DNA of 64,000 bases from a candidate division WOR-3 bacterium (GTDB lineage: Bacteria; Hydrothermota; Tepidihabitantia; Tepidihabitantales; Tepidihabitantaceae). Below the pieces are notes generated by a model. That model was not told the DNA's origin. It worked only from the letters and a program-made list of their open reading frames with translations, and searched no databases. Below are positions 29,630-39,715 of the stretch, piece after piece. The stretch is from positions 384,181 to 448,180 of the forward strand of contig JABLXZ010000002.1 of the NCBI GenBank assembly GCA_013177935.1. The letters are read 5' to 3'. Position 1 is the stretch's first letter. The number at the start of each line of letters is the position of its first letter. The translations under genes and the position numbers were made by a program.

Positions 29630-31003
29630 TTAGTGCCGGAGCAGGCGTAAGCCGTTGATGGGCTGGAACCACGCCTGGACGCGAATGTCCTGATTGGAGA
29701 TTCTTATCTGGGTCACTTTGACAATTGCATAGTAGTCGTCTTCGGTGCGAATGGCAAAGGAGACCGGTGCAGTGTTGAGCCGGATGATGTTATGGTAGGA
29801 TGTGTCGCCGGCAGGTGGCACTGGTCCCTGTTCATCGGCGAGCAGGGCGAGCGCGGTCTGGCGCCAGGGTCCGGCAGGCACATTGGCGCTGGTGTCATAA
29901 GGTGCGATGTTGGGGCTGGCAACAAAGTAGAAAGGTCCGTTGGAGCCAAGAGCGAAGTCGGTGCAGAACCAGTCAATTGAGTCGCAGTACAGGGTGTCGT
30001 CCATCGGATAAGCCTTGCCCGTGCCGGTCAAGCGGTTCCAGCCGTAGCCCGGTTTATCTGGTCCAGAAAGTTCGCCCACAGTCACGGAGCCGGTCTGGAC
30101 CGGTATGGTGGAAAGGGGAACGGTGTCTTCGTAAACGGTGGCGCCAAAGACCGCAGCGATTTTGTACATTCCGGTTAAGCCGTGCGGGTTGTGTTCCACG
30201 CTCAAAGCGGTGGTTTCAGCGACGGTGCTCCAGCCGGTGCCGCCAATCTCTTTGAACTGCAACCGGTAAAAGTTGGGCACACCTTCAACCGGCGGTTGCC
30301 AGGACAGGCGCACGGTGGTGTCGGTTGCGGCTTCAATTGTGAAGGCGGTTGGCGGACCACCCGGAATCGCCACGACCGTAACAAGAAGGGTGTCGGACCA
30401 GTTGGTCATCTGCATCCGGCTGTCGCGGGCGCGCACCGCTACCGCATAGATGCCCGCAGTGTCAAAGGTGTGGTTGACGAAAAGGTATGTGTCGCTTGGC
30501 ACCGGTCCGCGCCAGTCGTCAACTGTGCCGCCCCAGTCAATCTGGTACCACAAACTGTCGTTCTGGGGATGGGAGGCACGAAAGCGGTATTGATAGGATA
30601 CGCCGGTGGTGCAGAAGGCAGGACCAGCCGGCTTTTCCGGAACTCCGGGCGGCAGTAAGCGGATGTTGATAATCAAACTGTCGCTCCAGGGCGACTCTTT
30701 CAGTTGCGGGTCCCGGGCGATTGCCTTGATGGTGTAGGTGCCGGTGTCCGGATAGGTATGGGAACGCCGCACAGGCTGGCCGCTGGCATAGAATGGTGAC
30801 CAGTCAATACTGGAGGTGTCGCCCCAGACGATTTTGTAGGAGACCTCTTTGCCTTCGGGGTCAGTGGCGACAAAGGTAAAGGTGACGGTGTCATAGGGAC
30901 GGGCGGTTGTGGGACCGGAGATTTCCGGTGCGGTTGGTGGCTGGTTGGTGACACAGTTGACAATCACCAGTATCAGACACAAGAAAAACAGGCTTTTGTT
31001 CAT
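29630..31003 (-). CDS. Secreted protein with tandem PKD/FN3-like Ig domains
   Basis: Signal peptide, repeated TDPEG/W-x-D Ig-like modules. Confidence 0.45.
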   Translation of the reverse strand: MNKSLFFLCLILVIVNCVTNQPPTAPEISGPTTARPYDTVTFTFVATDPEGKEVSYKIVWGDTSSIDWSPFYASGQPVRRSHTYPDTGTYTIKAIARDPQLKESPWSDSLIINIRLLPPGVPEKPAGPAFCTTGVSYQYRFRASHPQNDSLWYQIDWGGTVDDWRGPVPSDTYLFVNHTFDTAGIYAVAVRARDSRMQMTNWSDTLLVTVVAIPGGPPTAFTIEAATDTTVRLSWQPPVEGVPNFYRLQFKEIGGTGWSTVAETTALSVEHNPHGLTGMYKIAAVFGATVYEDTVPLSTIPVQTGSVTVGELSGPDKPGYGWNRLTGTGKAYPMDDTLYCDSIDWFCTDFALGSNGPFYFVASPNIAPYDTSANVPAGPWRQTALALLADEQGPVPPAGDTSYHNIIRLNTAPVSFAIRTEDDYYAIVKVTQIRISNQDIRVQAWFQPINGLRLLRH

Positions 31004-31058
31004 AAAAACTCCTTTCGGCAGGATGGGTGTTTAAGAGGCACTGCCCAATAATATCGTG

Positions 31059-32438
31059 TTATTTTAAAAGTGTCAAGCGGGCGGTGTGCACATCTTCCGG
31101 TGTCTGGAGCAGGGCAAAGTAGGTGCCGGCGGTCAGGTTTCGGGCGTTGAGATGAATGCGGTGTTCGCCGGATGCGAGCCAGTTCTGTTTCAGCAGAATC
31201 TGCTCCCTGCCCAGGGGGTCAAATAGGGCAAGTTTTATCGGGCTTGCCTTTTTCAGGTGAAATTTGAGGCAAATCTGATTGGGCGAAGATAAAAAGGCGG
31301 TCAGATTGGTTGTGAGGCGGCTGGTGTTGCCATCTTCACCGATGCCGGGAATCAGGTTGAATGTCTCCATAATACTGCCGTCGGCACGCACCACTTCACA
31401 GGTGACAAGGTCGCCCGCGACATCAACGATGACAAACTGGTAGTTCGCTTCCCGATAAACGGTATAGGGCTGAATTGAGTCCCATTCGGTATGGAGCGGG
31501 GCGCCACCGCCGCCGCTGGTGATGTAGTGGATGCCATTGACCAGACTGTGCTCATAGGCGTGGACATGGCCATTGAACACCGCGCGCACCCGAAACCGTT
31601 CAAAAAGCGGGCAGAGGTACTCCTGGACCTGTTCATTATTGGAATGGTTGGAACTGGTGGTAAAGGGTGGTTCGTGAAAGGTGACAAAGATGTGTCGGAT
31701 TGTGGGGTTGGCGCTATCGGCAAGGAGATGGGCAAGGAGCCACTCGTACTGCTCACTGCCGGGTGCAAAGTCGGAGTAGTTGTCAAGAAAGTAAAAGGCG
31801 GCGTTGCTGTACTGGAAGTGATACCACCGTTCATTGCCGGGGAGAAAAAAGTTGTCAAACCAGTTTGGTAGCGTTCTTATGTCGTGATTACCAAGAACCG
31901 GGTAAAGTGGTGCCTGACGCAAAAGCGCCTGTTCAATCTGGAAAAATGTCCGGTACTCTTCAACTGTGCCGTTGTCGGTCAGGTCGCCGGCATTGAGCAC
32001 AAATTGAGCAGGCGGGCTGGTCAAGACCATCCGGTCAATTACCGCCTGATGTGCGGCGCTGTCGGTGCGATTGTCGGCGTAAACAAGAAAGCGAAAAGGT
32101 GCCGGAGCAGAACGCCGGGTAAAAAATGTGGCGTCGGCGGTCGTGTCCGGTCCGGAAATCACCTGATAGTGGTAAACGGTGTCGGGAAGTAGCTGGTTCA
32201 AAACAAGGTGGTGCGCGGTTGTTGGTGCGGTTTCTGAGATTTCCAGCGGGTAGTTGGTGTTAAGACCATACCGCACTTTGCCGATGTTTGACTCCGCAGA
32301 TTGCCAGACCACAGTTATTGTGGAGTCGGTCAGGTTCTGCAGATAGGGCGGATGGACAAAAAGGCCAAATGCGGTACCGACAATGAACAGCAGAACGAGA
32401 TAAACTTTACCTGATGCCATATGCATAGATAATAACAT
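31059..32438 (-). CDS. Calcineurin-like metallophosphoesterase (purple acid phosphatase-like) with T9SS C-terminal domain
   Basis: Metallophosphatase motifs YADNR...GDLTDNG...GNHD...GHVH; T9SS tail; true start may be M5/M7 (MASGKVYLVLLF). Confidence 0.65.
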   Translation of the reverse strand: MLLSMHMASGKVYLVLLFIVGTAFGLFVHPPYLQNLTDSTITVVWQSAESNIGKVRYGLNTNYPLEISETAPTTAHHLVLNQLLPDTVYHYQVISGPDTTADATFFTRRSAPAPFRFLVYADNRTDSAAHQAVIDRMVLTSPPAQFVLNAGDLTDNGTVEEYRTFFQIEQALLRQAPLYPVLGNHDIRTLPNWFDNFFLPGNERWYHFQYSNAAFYFLDNYSDFAPGSEQYEWLLAHLLADSANPTIRHIFVTFHEPPFTTSSNHSNNEQVQEYLCPLFERFRVRAVFNGHVHAYEHSLVNGIHYITSGGGGAPLHTEWDSIQPYTVYREANYQFVIVDVAGDLVTCEVVRADGSIMETFNLIPGIGEDGNTSRLTTNLTAFLSSPNQICLKFHLKKASPIKLALFDPLGREQILLKQNWLASGEHRIHLNARNLTAGTYFALLQTPEDVHTARLTLLK

Positions 32439-32852
32439 AATTATATCATTCGAGCAATGTTTAACATACGGCAGGAAAAGATGTTATGCGGCAAGAGATA
32501 AAATTTATAATATAACTATCCTTTTTTCAAATGGTTATTGAATTTTGCCGTCCAGTGGGCAGTCCGGGGGTAATTCCCGGGATAGTCTCTTACGCCCTTT
32601 TCGGGGCATTTTTCCCCGCTATTTTTATGGTGCTGGTTGGTACTGTCTTTGTTGTTGCCCTGCTGGCTCGTTGCCCATATATTTAGAGCCCGATTTTCAC
32701 TGTTATTAACGGGTCAATTTCTTATCGGGTCTCAAGCGTGGTTTAAGGGCGGACATCAGGGATAGTTTTCAGTATCGTCGTTCAAATAACTTCCAGTTGA
32801 ACAGCCGGGTTACACCTGTAGTAAATCTTCCTGTTTCTTTAAGGCTGTGCCT

Positions 32853-33689
32853 TCAGTGCAGTATCATTCCCAGTGAGAATGATAGGGCGCCAAGCCAGTT
32901 TGATGTGTAGCCGGTGCTGTTGGGGTTTTCCGGTTTCTTCTGGGTGCCTTCGGCGCCGCCGCCGAGATAGCGCAGGTTGACAAAGCCATCAAGGAACCGG
33001 TTGATGCGACCACCCAGGCGTAAGGAGCCGTCAAGGATTGCGCCCTTGAAACTGCTTTCGACATTGGTGGAGCCGGTGACAACAGTGCCCTGCGCATAGA
33101 TGCCATCAACTTCTGCTGCCCACCAGAGATAGCGGTTTAAAGGCATCCAGATGCGCGCTTTTAGCGCCGGTACCGGACCAAGGTTGTTGTAAACCCGCTG
33201 TTTGGTGCCGTCAAGCGCGGTGAAGGAGATGGAGGCGTTGCGCAATTGAAGGGAAAGACCGATTCCCAGTTCCTGGTCGGCATCACGCAAAAGGTCGTAG
33301 AGCCAGCTGATGCGGTAGAAGTCAAATCCGTAGCGTAAACTCATCGGTGTGCCGGCAGGAAATGTGTCGGAGTCAAGAATCAGTTGTTCAGGCAGGGTGG
33401 TCAGGGTGCGGACATCAAGCGGTTGATAGAGGAATACAAAGGTATGGCGCGGTTTTAAGTGCAGTTCAAATGAGCCGCGCTGGAAAGGGAAGAGGTTTTT
33501 CTGGCCACCGTTCTGGACATAGTCAAAGGTTGTGCCATCAGGTCCAAAGCGGATTGAGTGTTTCTGGAACCGGAATGCCCCGGTTTCGTATATTGCCCGC
33601 AGTTCGTAGTTGTGCGCGGGATTGTTAATCTGGGCACAGGCGGGCAGGATAAGTGCCGCCAGGAATAGGATGCTAACAAAATTCTTCAT
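32853..33689 (-). CDS. Hypothetical outer-membrane beta-barrel protein
   Basis: Signal peptide, alternating amphipathic beta strands, C-terminal aromatic residue. Confidence 0.4.
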   Translation of the reverse strand: MKNFVSILFLAALILPACAQINNPAHNYELRAIYETGAFRFQKHSIRFGPDGTTFDYVQNGGQKNLFPFQRGSFELHLKPRHTFVFLYQPLDVRTLTTLPEQLILDSDTFPAGTPMSLRYGFDFYRISWLYDLLRDADQELGIGLSLQLRNASISFTALDGTKQRVYNNLGPVPALKARIWMPLNRYLWWAAEVDGIYAQGTVVTGSTNVESSFKGAILDGSLRLGGRINRFLDGFVNLRYLGGGAEGTQKKPENPNSTGYTSNWLGALSFSLGMILH

Positions 33690-33893
33690 TTTGACCTCCT
33701 TTGAGAGATATTACAGTTATTGTTGAGTTTGTTCAATAAAATCTGCGATGAGGAGGAAAATCAAAGGCGATTGGAAAAGTTGACAGAGTGGTTAAGAAGA
33801 CTTATACTGTTGATAGAAAACTCGTCCCCCCTTTGGCAACGGGAGAGGTTGAGTTAATTTTCCGCCAATGCCCGTAAACTATAAGGAGGTTTA

Positions 33894-35576
33894 ATGCAAC
33901 GGGCTAAAGTTATTTCGGTTCTGCTGTTAACATTTGGCACCCTCGTCTGGGCGGCAGAACAAGCCAGTTCCATTGGAACTGTAAATCGGGGTGCGTTTGA
34001 CCCGCGGGTTAAGGCGTTGCGGCAGGAGCAGGAACAGGTAAAGGACAATCCGACAAAGGTGAGGGAGATTGAGAATCGAATTCAAGAAATCTATCTTGAA
34101 TACGACCAGTCGGGTGGCAGGGCAGATAATGCCATAATCCTTGCCGCCAACGACGAGCAACAGTTATTTTCTGATGGACCGGATGTGGTGATTGACACCG
34201 GTACCATCTGGGCAACCGCTGCCGACTACGAGATGGACGGCACGATGTGGGTGGCATATTCCCGGGAGCGTGATTCAAGTGTGCGGGTGGTGAAGTCAAC
34301 CGACCATGGCAGTACCTGGCAACCGGTAATAGGATTTTATACCAATCCCCGTTCTTTAATTAAACGGCTGGGAATGGTGGTTGGTGCCGGAGATTCGGCA
34401 TTTGTGTATGTTGGGGTTATTCACCCGAATAACAACGGTGATATGCTCTGCATCCGGTTCAATCGTGATGGCAGCGGTTTCACAGGTTTCATGGCGCTTC
34501 AGGGTGCGGACACCATCAACAACTTCACAATGTGCCGGGACTATGTTTACCCTTACTATTTATATATCTGCGCGGGCGACGAAGACAATACACAGGAGTT
34601 GGATGATTTCATGCTGCGTTCCACCGACTTTGCCAAAAACTGGACTACGACAAACACATTTCGTTTTGTCAGCTGGGGTTCCTATCAGGCGGGTGCGGGT
34701 TCTTATCTCTACCTTGCAGGATATCCAGGTTTCAGTCCCGCTCGCGGGCGTGTTAATCTATTAGTAAATAGGTTTTTTGGCGTACCCGACTCCTGGCATG
34801 AACGGCAGGTTCAGTATGATACATTTGAAGTTGCGGACCCGGTGATGGCACCTTCATTTGTTACACCACCCCAGAACGCGGTGATCTGGGTGGTATATGC
34901 GCACAATTATCTGAACTCGGGCGACTGGGACATCATGTATGCGTATTCAACCGATGCGGGCAACTCCTGGAGTTCCAGTTACTATCTTGCGAGCAGGACT
35001 GACCGCTATGAGCGGTATCCAGACCTCAAGAACTACACATCGGTTGGTAACGAGTATGTCAACGCCTCTTATGTCAGTGAGGCGACTTACCGTTATGTTT
35101 ACCGGCACTGGGCAGCACAGAGTGACCCGGTTAACTGGTCTGACACCTTGCGGATTAACTCCAATTCCGCAGGAACCGGTAGAGAGATAAAGCCCCTGTT
35201 AGTGTATTCACCGGGTGCGCCCGCTACCGGTGCCGGGTGTGTATTTGTTGGTCAGGGTTTGCGGGGTCTCTACTGGAACGCACCCTGGATGGTTGGTATT
35301 CAGGGGGAGAATGCCGCACTGTCAGTAAATAAGAGCGGTTTTGAGGTGCTGCCCAATCCGGTTACCAATCACACCACATTTTTCTGGAGCGGCAATGCTT
35401 CCCGGTTGACAGTCTATGATGCCAGCGGCAGACAGGTGTGGTATTGCAACAATCCAACAAGCGGTGTGCAGTGGAACCGAACCGATTTGTCCGGAAAGCG
35501 GGTGAGTGCAGGAGTTTACTTTGCGCAACTGACCAGGGCGAATGGTATCAGCAAAAGTACCCTGGTGGTGAAATAA
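33894..35576 (+). CDS. Secreted sialidase-like/BNR-propeller protein with T9SS C-terminal domain; paralog of 37834..39528
   Basis: STDHGSTW and STDAGNSW Asp-boxes, conserved block GD.A.V.VG...PYYLY shared with 37834 ORF, T9SS tail. Confidence 0.55.
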   Translation: MQRAKVISVLLLTFGTLVWAAEQASSIGTVNRGAFDPRVKALRQEQEQVKDNPTKVREIENRIQEIYLEYDQSGGRADNAIILAANDEQQLFSDGPDVVIDTGTIWATAADYEMDGTMWVAYSRERDSSVRVVKSTDHGSTWQPVIGFYTNPRSLIKRLGMVVGAGDSAFVYVGVIHPNNNGDMLCIRFNRDGSGFTGFMALQGADTINNFTMCRDYVYPYYLYICAGDEDNTQELDDFMLRSTDFAKNWTTTNTFRFVSWGSYQAGAGSYLYLAGYPGFSPARGRVNLLVNRFFGVPDSWHERQVQYDTFEVADPVMAPSFVTPPQNAVIWVVYAHNYLNSGDWDIMYAYSTDAGNSWSSSYYLASRTDRYERYPDLKNYTSVGNEYVNASYVSEATYRYVYRHWAAQSDPVNWSDTLRINSNSAGTGREIKPLLVYSPGAPATGAGCVFVGQGLRGLYWNAPWMVGIQGENAALSVNKSGFEVLPNPVTNHTTFFWSGNASRLTVYDASGRQVWYCNNPTSGVQWNRTDLSGKRVSAGVYFAQLTRANGISKSTLVVK

Positions 35577-35596
35577 AGAGTTAGCGGGAAGTTGAA

Positions 35597-35623
35597 CGGG
35601 GCGGCGCAATGCCGCCCCTTTTT
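35597..35623. terminator. Bidirectional rho-independent terminator
   Basis: GGGGCGGCGcaatGCCGCCCCTTTTT between convergent genes. Confidence 0.7.
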
Positions 35624-37475
35624 ACTGTTCAATTTTCTCTATCTGATAGACCGCAATCTGACGGTTAACATCCATTAACAGCAGGGTGAAGCGGTAGCCG
35701 GCAGAGATGTAACTTTCACCATCTGCCATATACGCCATAAACTCCGGATGCCACGCCGGGTCCTGAAAAACCCAGAAGGCAAGCGCAGGCAGGCAGGCAT
35801 CAAACTCTTCTTGCCCCTGTTTTGCCCGGAGGTACAGTTCGGTATAACTGAGTACCTGCGGCGCCAGGGGGCGTGCGGCGTTGACCGTGGAAGTTTTATG
35901 ATAACGGCTGGGCAGAAAGACCGAGCGTAAAGTGCCTTTGATAAGCGGCTTAACTTCGGCACAGGCGGCAATCAGGAGGCTTTCGGTCGCCGCGGTGGGC
36001 GCGGTGACCGGAAAGACCGCAAGGTTACTGCCCAGTTCGGGCTGATTGGAAACCAGTGGCATGCCCCAGCCGCCATCAAACACCCAGATGGTCCGGTTAT
36101 CACGGAAAGGGTAGTAGTGGAAAAGCGAGTCAAGCGCGGTGAGGAACTGGAGCCGGTTAAAACTCCACTCGGTGCTGGACACCACAAGATACTCCCCGTA
36201 GTTGAACTCCCAGAAAGGACCAACCGTCTTGCCAAAGAACGGTACCGGTTTGGTGTGGTCGGCAAGGTAGTAACTCAACAGGACGCTGCTCTGATAGTCG
36301 GCGAAGATGGTGTCGCCTTCTGGGGCGTTGTCTTTTAGAGTTGCAATCGCCCGGTGCATAAGTTCTTGACGGGCGTTTGGTCGGGAGATGTGCTGTGCCG
36401 GCGGCGTGAGAAAGATGTTGGTTGCGAGCATCAGGATGCCGGCGCTGGCGGGTTTGAGCCAGTCAATTTTAGGTATTGAACTTAATGCGGCGGTGATGCC
36501 GATTACGACAAAAAGGGCAAGGACGATTGAATGCCGGGTGCCGCCATAGGGCAAGAGATGGAAAAAGGCGCAGAGGATATTAATAACAAATGGTGCGATG
36601 AGCAGAATGGTCAGGTTCCAGCGGCGTTTGATGATGGTGAATACGGTGCCAAAAAGAAACAAAAGTAGTCCGACAATACCGAAGGGACGGGAAGAAAAGA
36701 GATAGGAGAATAAGTCAAAGGTGGTGCGGAGAAGGAAGCGGATGGGTGATTCCAGTTCTGGATGGAAGTAAGAGGCGCGGAGCCAGCCGGTCAGGGCAAA
36801 CTGCTGCATCGGGCTACCTTTTAGATGCACGATGTGGGTAAAGTAGAAGAAGGCATAGGTTATAAGTGCGAACAGCTGACCCAAGCCGCCCCAGAGCCAG
36901 AGCCGCTTTTTTACCTTCTTGCTTATCGCCCGGAACAGAAAAAGGATGCCAAGTGCAGCCGAAAGCACCAGACCGGAGTACTGAGTGGCGCCCGCCAGTG
37001 CCGAGAAAATTCCGGAAAGAAAAAGGGCACCAGGACGGGATTGGGAAAAGCCGAGTTCCATAAGGTAAAGGGCGACGGTCATTAAGAAAAGGAGCAGGGC
37101 GTACTGGCGAACTTCGGCAGAAAGTCCGACCACCGCGGGCAGGAAGGCAAACAAAATCGCACCGGACAGGGCGCTTTGTTGATTCATTTTTAAGCGGAGG
37201 AACTTGTAGAAGAAATAGACCGCAGCGGTGCCGGTGAGAACCGAAAACAGCCTGAGCCATAGTTCCGAAGTTCCGAGCAGACGCCAGAAGTAGAGAAGGA
37301 TAAAGGTTAATGGCGGATGGGGCTGGGTTAAACCGGCTTGAATTACTGCGCTCAGGTTCGGTTGATTGGCAACGAGAAATACAATCGCTTCATCCGGGTT
37401 GAGAAATGTGCCGCGGGCGGTTAACAGCCGCAAAAGCAACCCGCCAGCAAGGATTGGGATTATAAGGTAACGCAC
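35622..37475 (-). CDS. GT-C family membrane glycosyltransferase (ArnT/PMT-like, GT39/GT83)
   Basis: About 12 TM segments; N-terminal-loop DE motif (FLNPDEAIVF) typical of ArnT/PMT; large C-terminal periplasmic domain. Confidence 0.6.
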   Translation of the reverse strand: MRYLIIPILAGGLLLRLLTARGTFLNPDEAIVFLVANQPNLSAVIQAGLTQPHPPLTFILLYFWRLLGTSELWLRLFSVLTGTAAVYFFYKFLRLKMNQQSALSGAILFAFLPAVVGLSAEVRQYALLLFLMTVALYLMELGFSQSRPGALFLSGIFSALAGATQYSGLVLSAALGILFLFRAISKKVKKRLWLWGGLGQLFALITYAFFYFTHIVHLKGSPMQQFALTGWLRASYFHPELESPIRFLLRTTFDLFSYLFSSRPFGIVGLLLFLFGTVFTIIKRRWNLTILLIAPFVINILCAFFHLLPYGGTRHSIVLALFVVIGITAALSSIPKIDWLKPASAGILMLATNIFLTPPAQHISRPNARQELMHRAIATLKDNAPEGDTIFADYQSSVLLSYYLADHTKPVPFFGKTVGPFWEFNYGEYLVVSSTEWSFNRLQFLTALDSLFHYYPFRDNRTIWVFDGGWGMPLVSNQPELGSNLAVFPVTAPTAATESLLIAACAEVKPLIKGTLRSVFLPSRYHKTSTVNAARPLAPQVLSYTELYLRAKQGQEEFDACLPALAFWVFQDPAWHPEFMAYMADGESYISAGYRFTLLLMDVNRQIAVYQIEKIEQ

Positions 37476-37628
37476 GCTAAATCTTCTTTGTACAAAAGGT
37501 TAAGTCAAGAACGCGCGGCCAGAAGGTTTACAATTAAGTGCAGTGCACGCCGTAAACATTGATTACTGCGGGTCAGTATCAGGAGAAGCGAAAACCTATC
37601 ATTCACTAACCGAGCCATCACAACCTAA

Positions 37629-37661
37629 CAGGCAGGGCGGTAAACCCCGCCCTGCCTTTTT
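37629..37661 (+). terminator. Orphan plus-strand rho-independent terminator (no upstream plus-strand CDS)
   Basis: GGCAGGGCGGtaaaCCCCGCCCTGCCTTTTT; T-run only on plus strand. Confidence 0.5.
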
Positions 37662-37833
37662 CCGTCCCGGACCGGAACACGATATTAAAGGATTGAAAAC
37701 CGTTACGCAAAGGTTTGCTTGACTTTAATGTTAGATAGATTACACTTTAATCGAAGTATCCCTGAAGCAGTCCACCAACGGGTGCTGAGATGCCTTAAGG
37801 ATATTTCACAAGTAAAAAGAAAAGGAGCATAAG

Positions 37834-39528
37834 ATGAGAAGTATGATAGTCACGCTGGCATTAGTTTTAATGCTCAGCAGTATCTGGGCGGCGGTTGACC
37901 GCAACGCCCCGGGCACTCTGTTTCAAGACCGATTTCCCGTTTTTCAGAACGGAGGTTCATCGGAAGGAGCGGTTCCGTACCGATTCACAAACGAAGGCGA
38001 TGCACTACCTGGACAGGTTGATAAACCAGCAGCACCCGCTTTTGGCGCGCCGCCCCAAATTTTAGAAATGACTGATGAGGGGAATCCGGTTGAACCCAAG
38101 CCATTGTGGGGAGAGGATATTCAGGTTTATGATGGCGGAATCAAAAGCCCAGTACCAGCGGGTTCGGAGCGGATGATTGCCTATGACCAGACCCACGCCG
38201 GTGTTCTGTTTGCGGCATTTGTGGTTGAGAATGGTGACACAATCAGGATTTACCGATCAACCGATAGCGGCAATACCTGGAGTAATTGGAATGGGGTGCA
38301 GCATCCGAGCAATGTGCTGAGTTCACCAGAACTGGTTGTCGCAGAGGGCGACTCCAGTTTTGTATTCCTTTTTTTCCGCACATCGGCGAATAATGGCGAT
38401 GCTTACTGTGCCAGATTCGGATTAACCGGCGGTATTAATATGTTTTCGGTTAAGGTGGATAGCGATACCATTGTCAATCTTGCCGCATGCAAGGACAACG
38501 GCAATCCTTATTATCTCTATGTTACTTATGAGTTACATGATGGCACTTATGATGTTTGGCTGATGCGTTCAACCAATTATGGAATAACCTGGACCGCACC
38601 ATCGGGTTTTGTTAATGATACCCGTATTCCACCTAAACCGGACATCGCGGTCGGTTACAACAACCGGGTCTATGTCTCTTGGCTTGATAAACGGCAGAGT
38701 TCGGTTGACTCGGCTTCTTTCCGGATTAAGCGTTCTACGGACCGGGGGAATACCTGGGAGCAGTCAAGGCAGGTGGGAGGACCGCAGGTGCGGGTGTTTG
38801 ATGGCGTGATTGGAGCGGATAATACCGACCCGAGCATCTGGCTGGTTCATGTCCGGGATATGGAGCCCTTTAATGGGATGGGGCTGGGTGTATTCTATTA
38901 CTACACCACGACTGATGACACAATCTGGTATTACGGTGGTGATGAAGGTATTGGCCACGGTGATACCGATAACAACGAAAAGATGCCCAGTATCGCTACC
39001 CATTGGTCATCGGGCGTTCCGACCGTATGTTATGCCATCGTGCCATCGGAATCACTGATGTTCACCTGGTGTCCTGGAGATACGAACTGGACAACGCCGC
39101 ACAAGGTGAACAACCATCGGCACACCGGCAATTTTGCACCAGCCGCCGGGTGGAAAAATGTCGGTTCCGCTTCTTTTTCAACTGTGCTCTATGCCGGTGT
39201 TGGACCAGAGGACCTGTGGTTTGACTCCTGGGATAATACAACCGGAGTGAATGAGGAGAATCCGGCAGGAATCAAACAGGTGGTTGCGGTGAAACCAAAC
39301 CCGGCAACGGGTAGAGCGGTAATCAACTGGGCAACTGTTAGCAGCGGCACAGTGCAACTGACGATTCACGATGTTACGGGCAGACGAGTTGCAACACTCG
39401 TTCAGGGACATTTGAATCCGGGTGATTACCAGACGGTCTGGAACTGCGCGGATGTGCCCGCAGGTGTTTATCTGTACCGGTTGAATGGAACATCAGCGGA
39501 AACAGGCAGGATTGTAGTTTCCCATTAA
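37834..39528 (+). CDS. Secreted sialidase-like/BNR-propeller protein with T9SS C-terminal domain; paralog of 33894..35576
   Basis: Asp-boxes STDSGNTW, STNYGITW, STDRGNTW; T9SS tail; AAAGGAG SD. Confidence 0.55.
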   Translation: MRSMIVTLALVLMLSSIWAAVDRNAPGTLFQDRFPVFQNGGSSEGAVPYRFTNEGDALPGQVDKPAAPAFGAPPQILEMTDEGNPVEPKPLWGEDIQVYDGGIKSPVPAGSERMIAYDQTHAGVLFAAFVVENGDTIRIYRSTDSGNTWSNWNGVQHPSNVLSSPELVVAEGDSSFVFLFFRTSANNGDAYCARFGLTGGINMFSVKVDSDTIVNLAACKDNGNPYYLYVTYELHDGTYDVWLMRSTNYGITWTAPSGFVNDTRIPPKPDIAVGYNNRVYVSWLDKRQSSVDSASFRIKRSTDRGNTWEQSRQVGGPQVRVFDGVIGADNTDPSIWLVHVRDMEPFNGMGLGVFYYYTTTDDTIWYYGGDEGIGHGDTDNNEKMPSIATHWSSGVPTVCYAIVPSESLMFTWCPGDTNWTTPHKVNNHRHTGNFAPAAGWKNVGSASFSTVLYAGVGPEDLWFDSWDNTTGVNEENPAGIKQVVAVKPNPATGRAVINWATVSSGTVQLTIHDVTGRRVATLVQGHLNPGDYQTVWNCADVPAGVYLYRLNGTSAETGRIVVSH

Positions 39529-39540
39529 ACGCCGCTGATT

Positions 39541-39576
39541 AAAGGGGCAGGATGTGTTTAATCCTGCCCCTTTTTC
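39541..39576 (+). terminator. Rho-independent terminator
   Basis: GGGGCAGGATgtgtttaATCCTGCCCCTTTTT. Confidence 0.7.
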
Positions 39577-39641
39577 TGTTGGTAACCGGTATCACGGGCG
39601 CACCTTCTTAATCGATGGTCAGCATCAGCCGGATAATTGAT

Positions 39642-39670
39642 TTGACTTTCAAAGATGGGGTAATTATAAT
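39642..39670 (+). promoter_or_regulatory. Sigma70-like promoter TTGACT-N17-TATAAT upstream of rpmA
   Basis: Consensus hexamers read directly, ~45 nt upstream of rpmA start. Confidence 0.55.
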
Positions 39671-39715
39671 GTAATCTTGTACAGATTTTAGTAGAATTAA
39701 GAGAAAGGAGCGTTT

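Noticed and set aside
36814-37260. 148-aa minus-strand ORF and 86/65-aa plus-strand ORFs within the GT-C glycosyltransferase gene
   Set aside because: Alternative frames of a polytopic membrane protein gene. Low-complexity translation.
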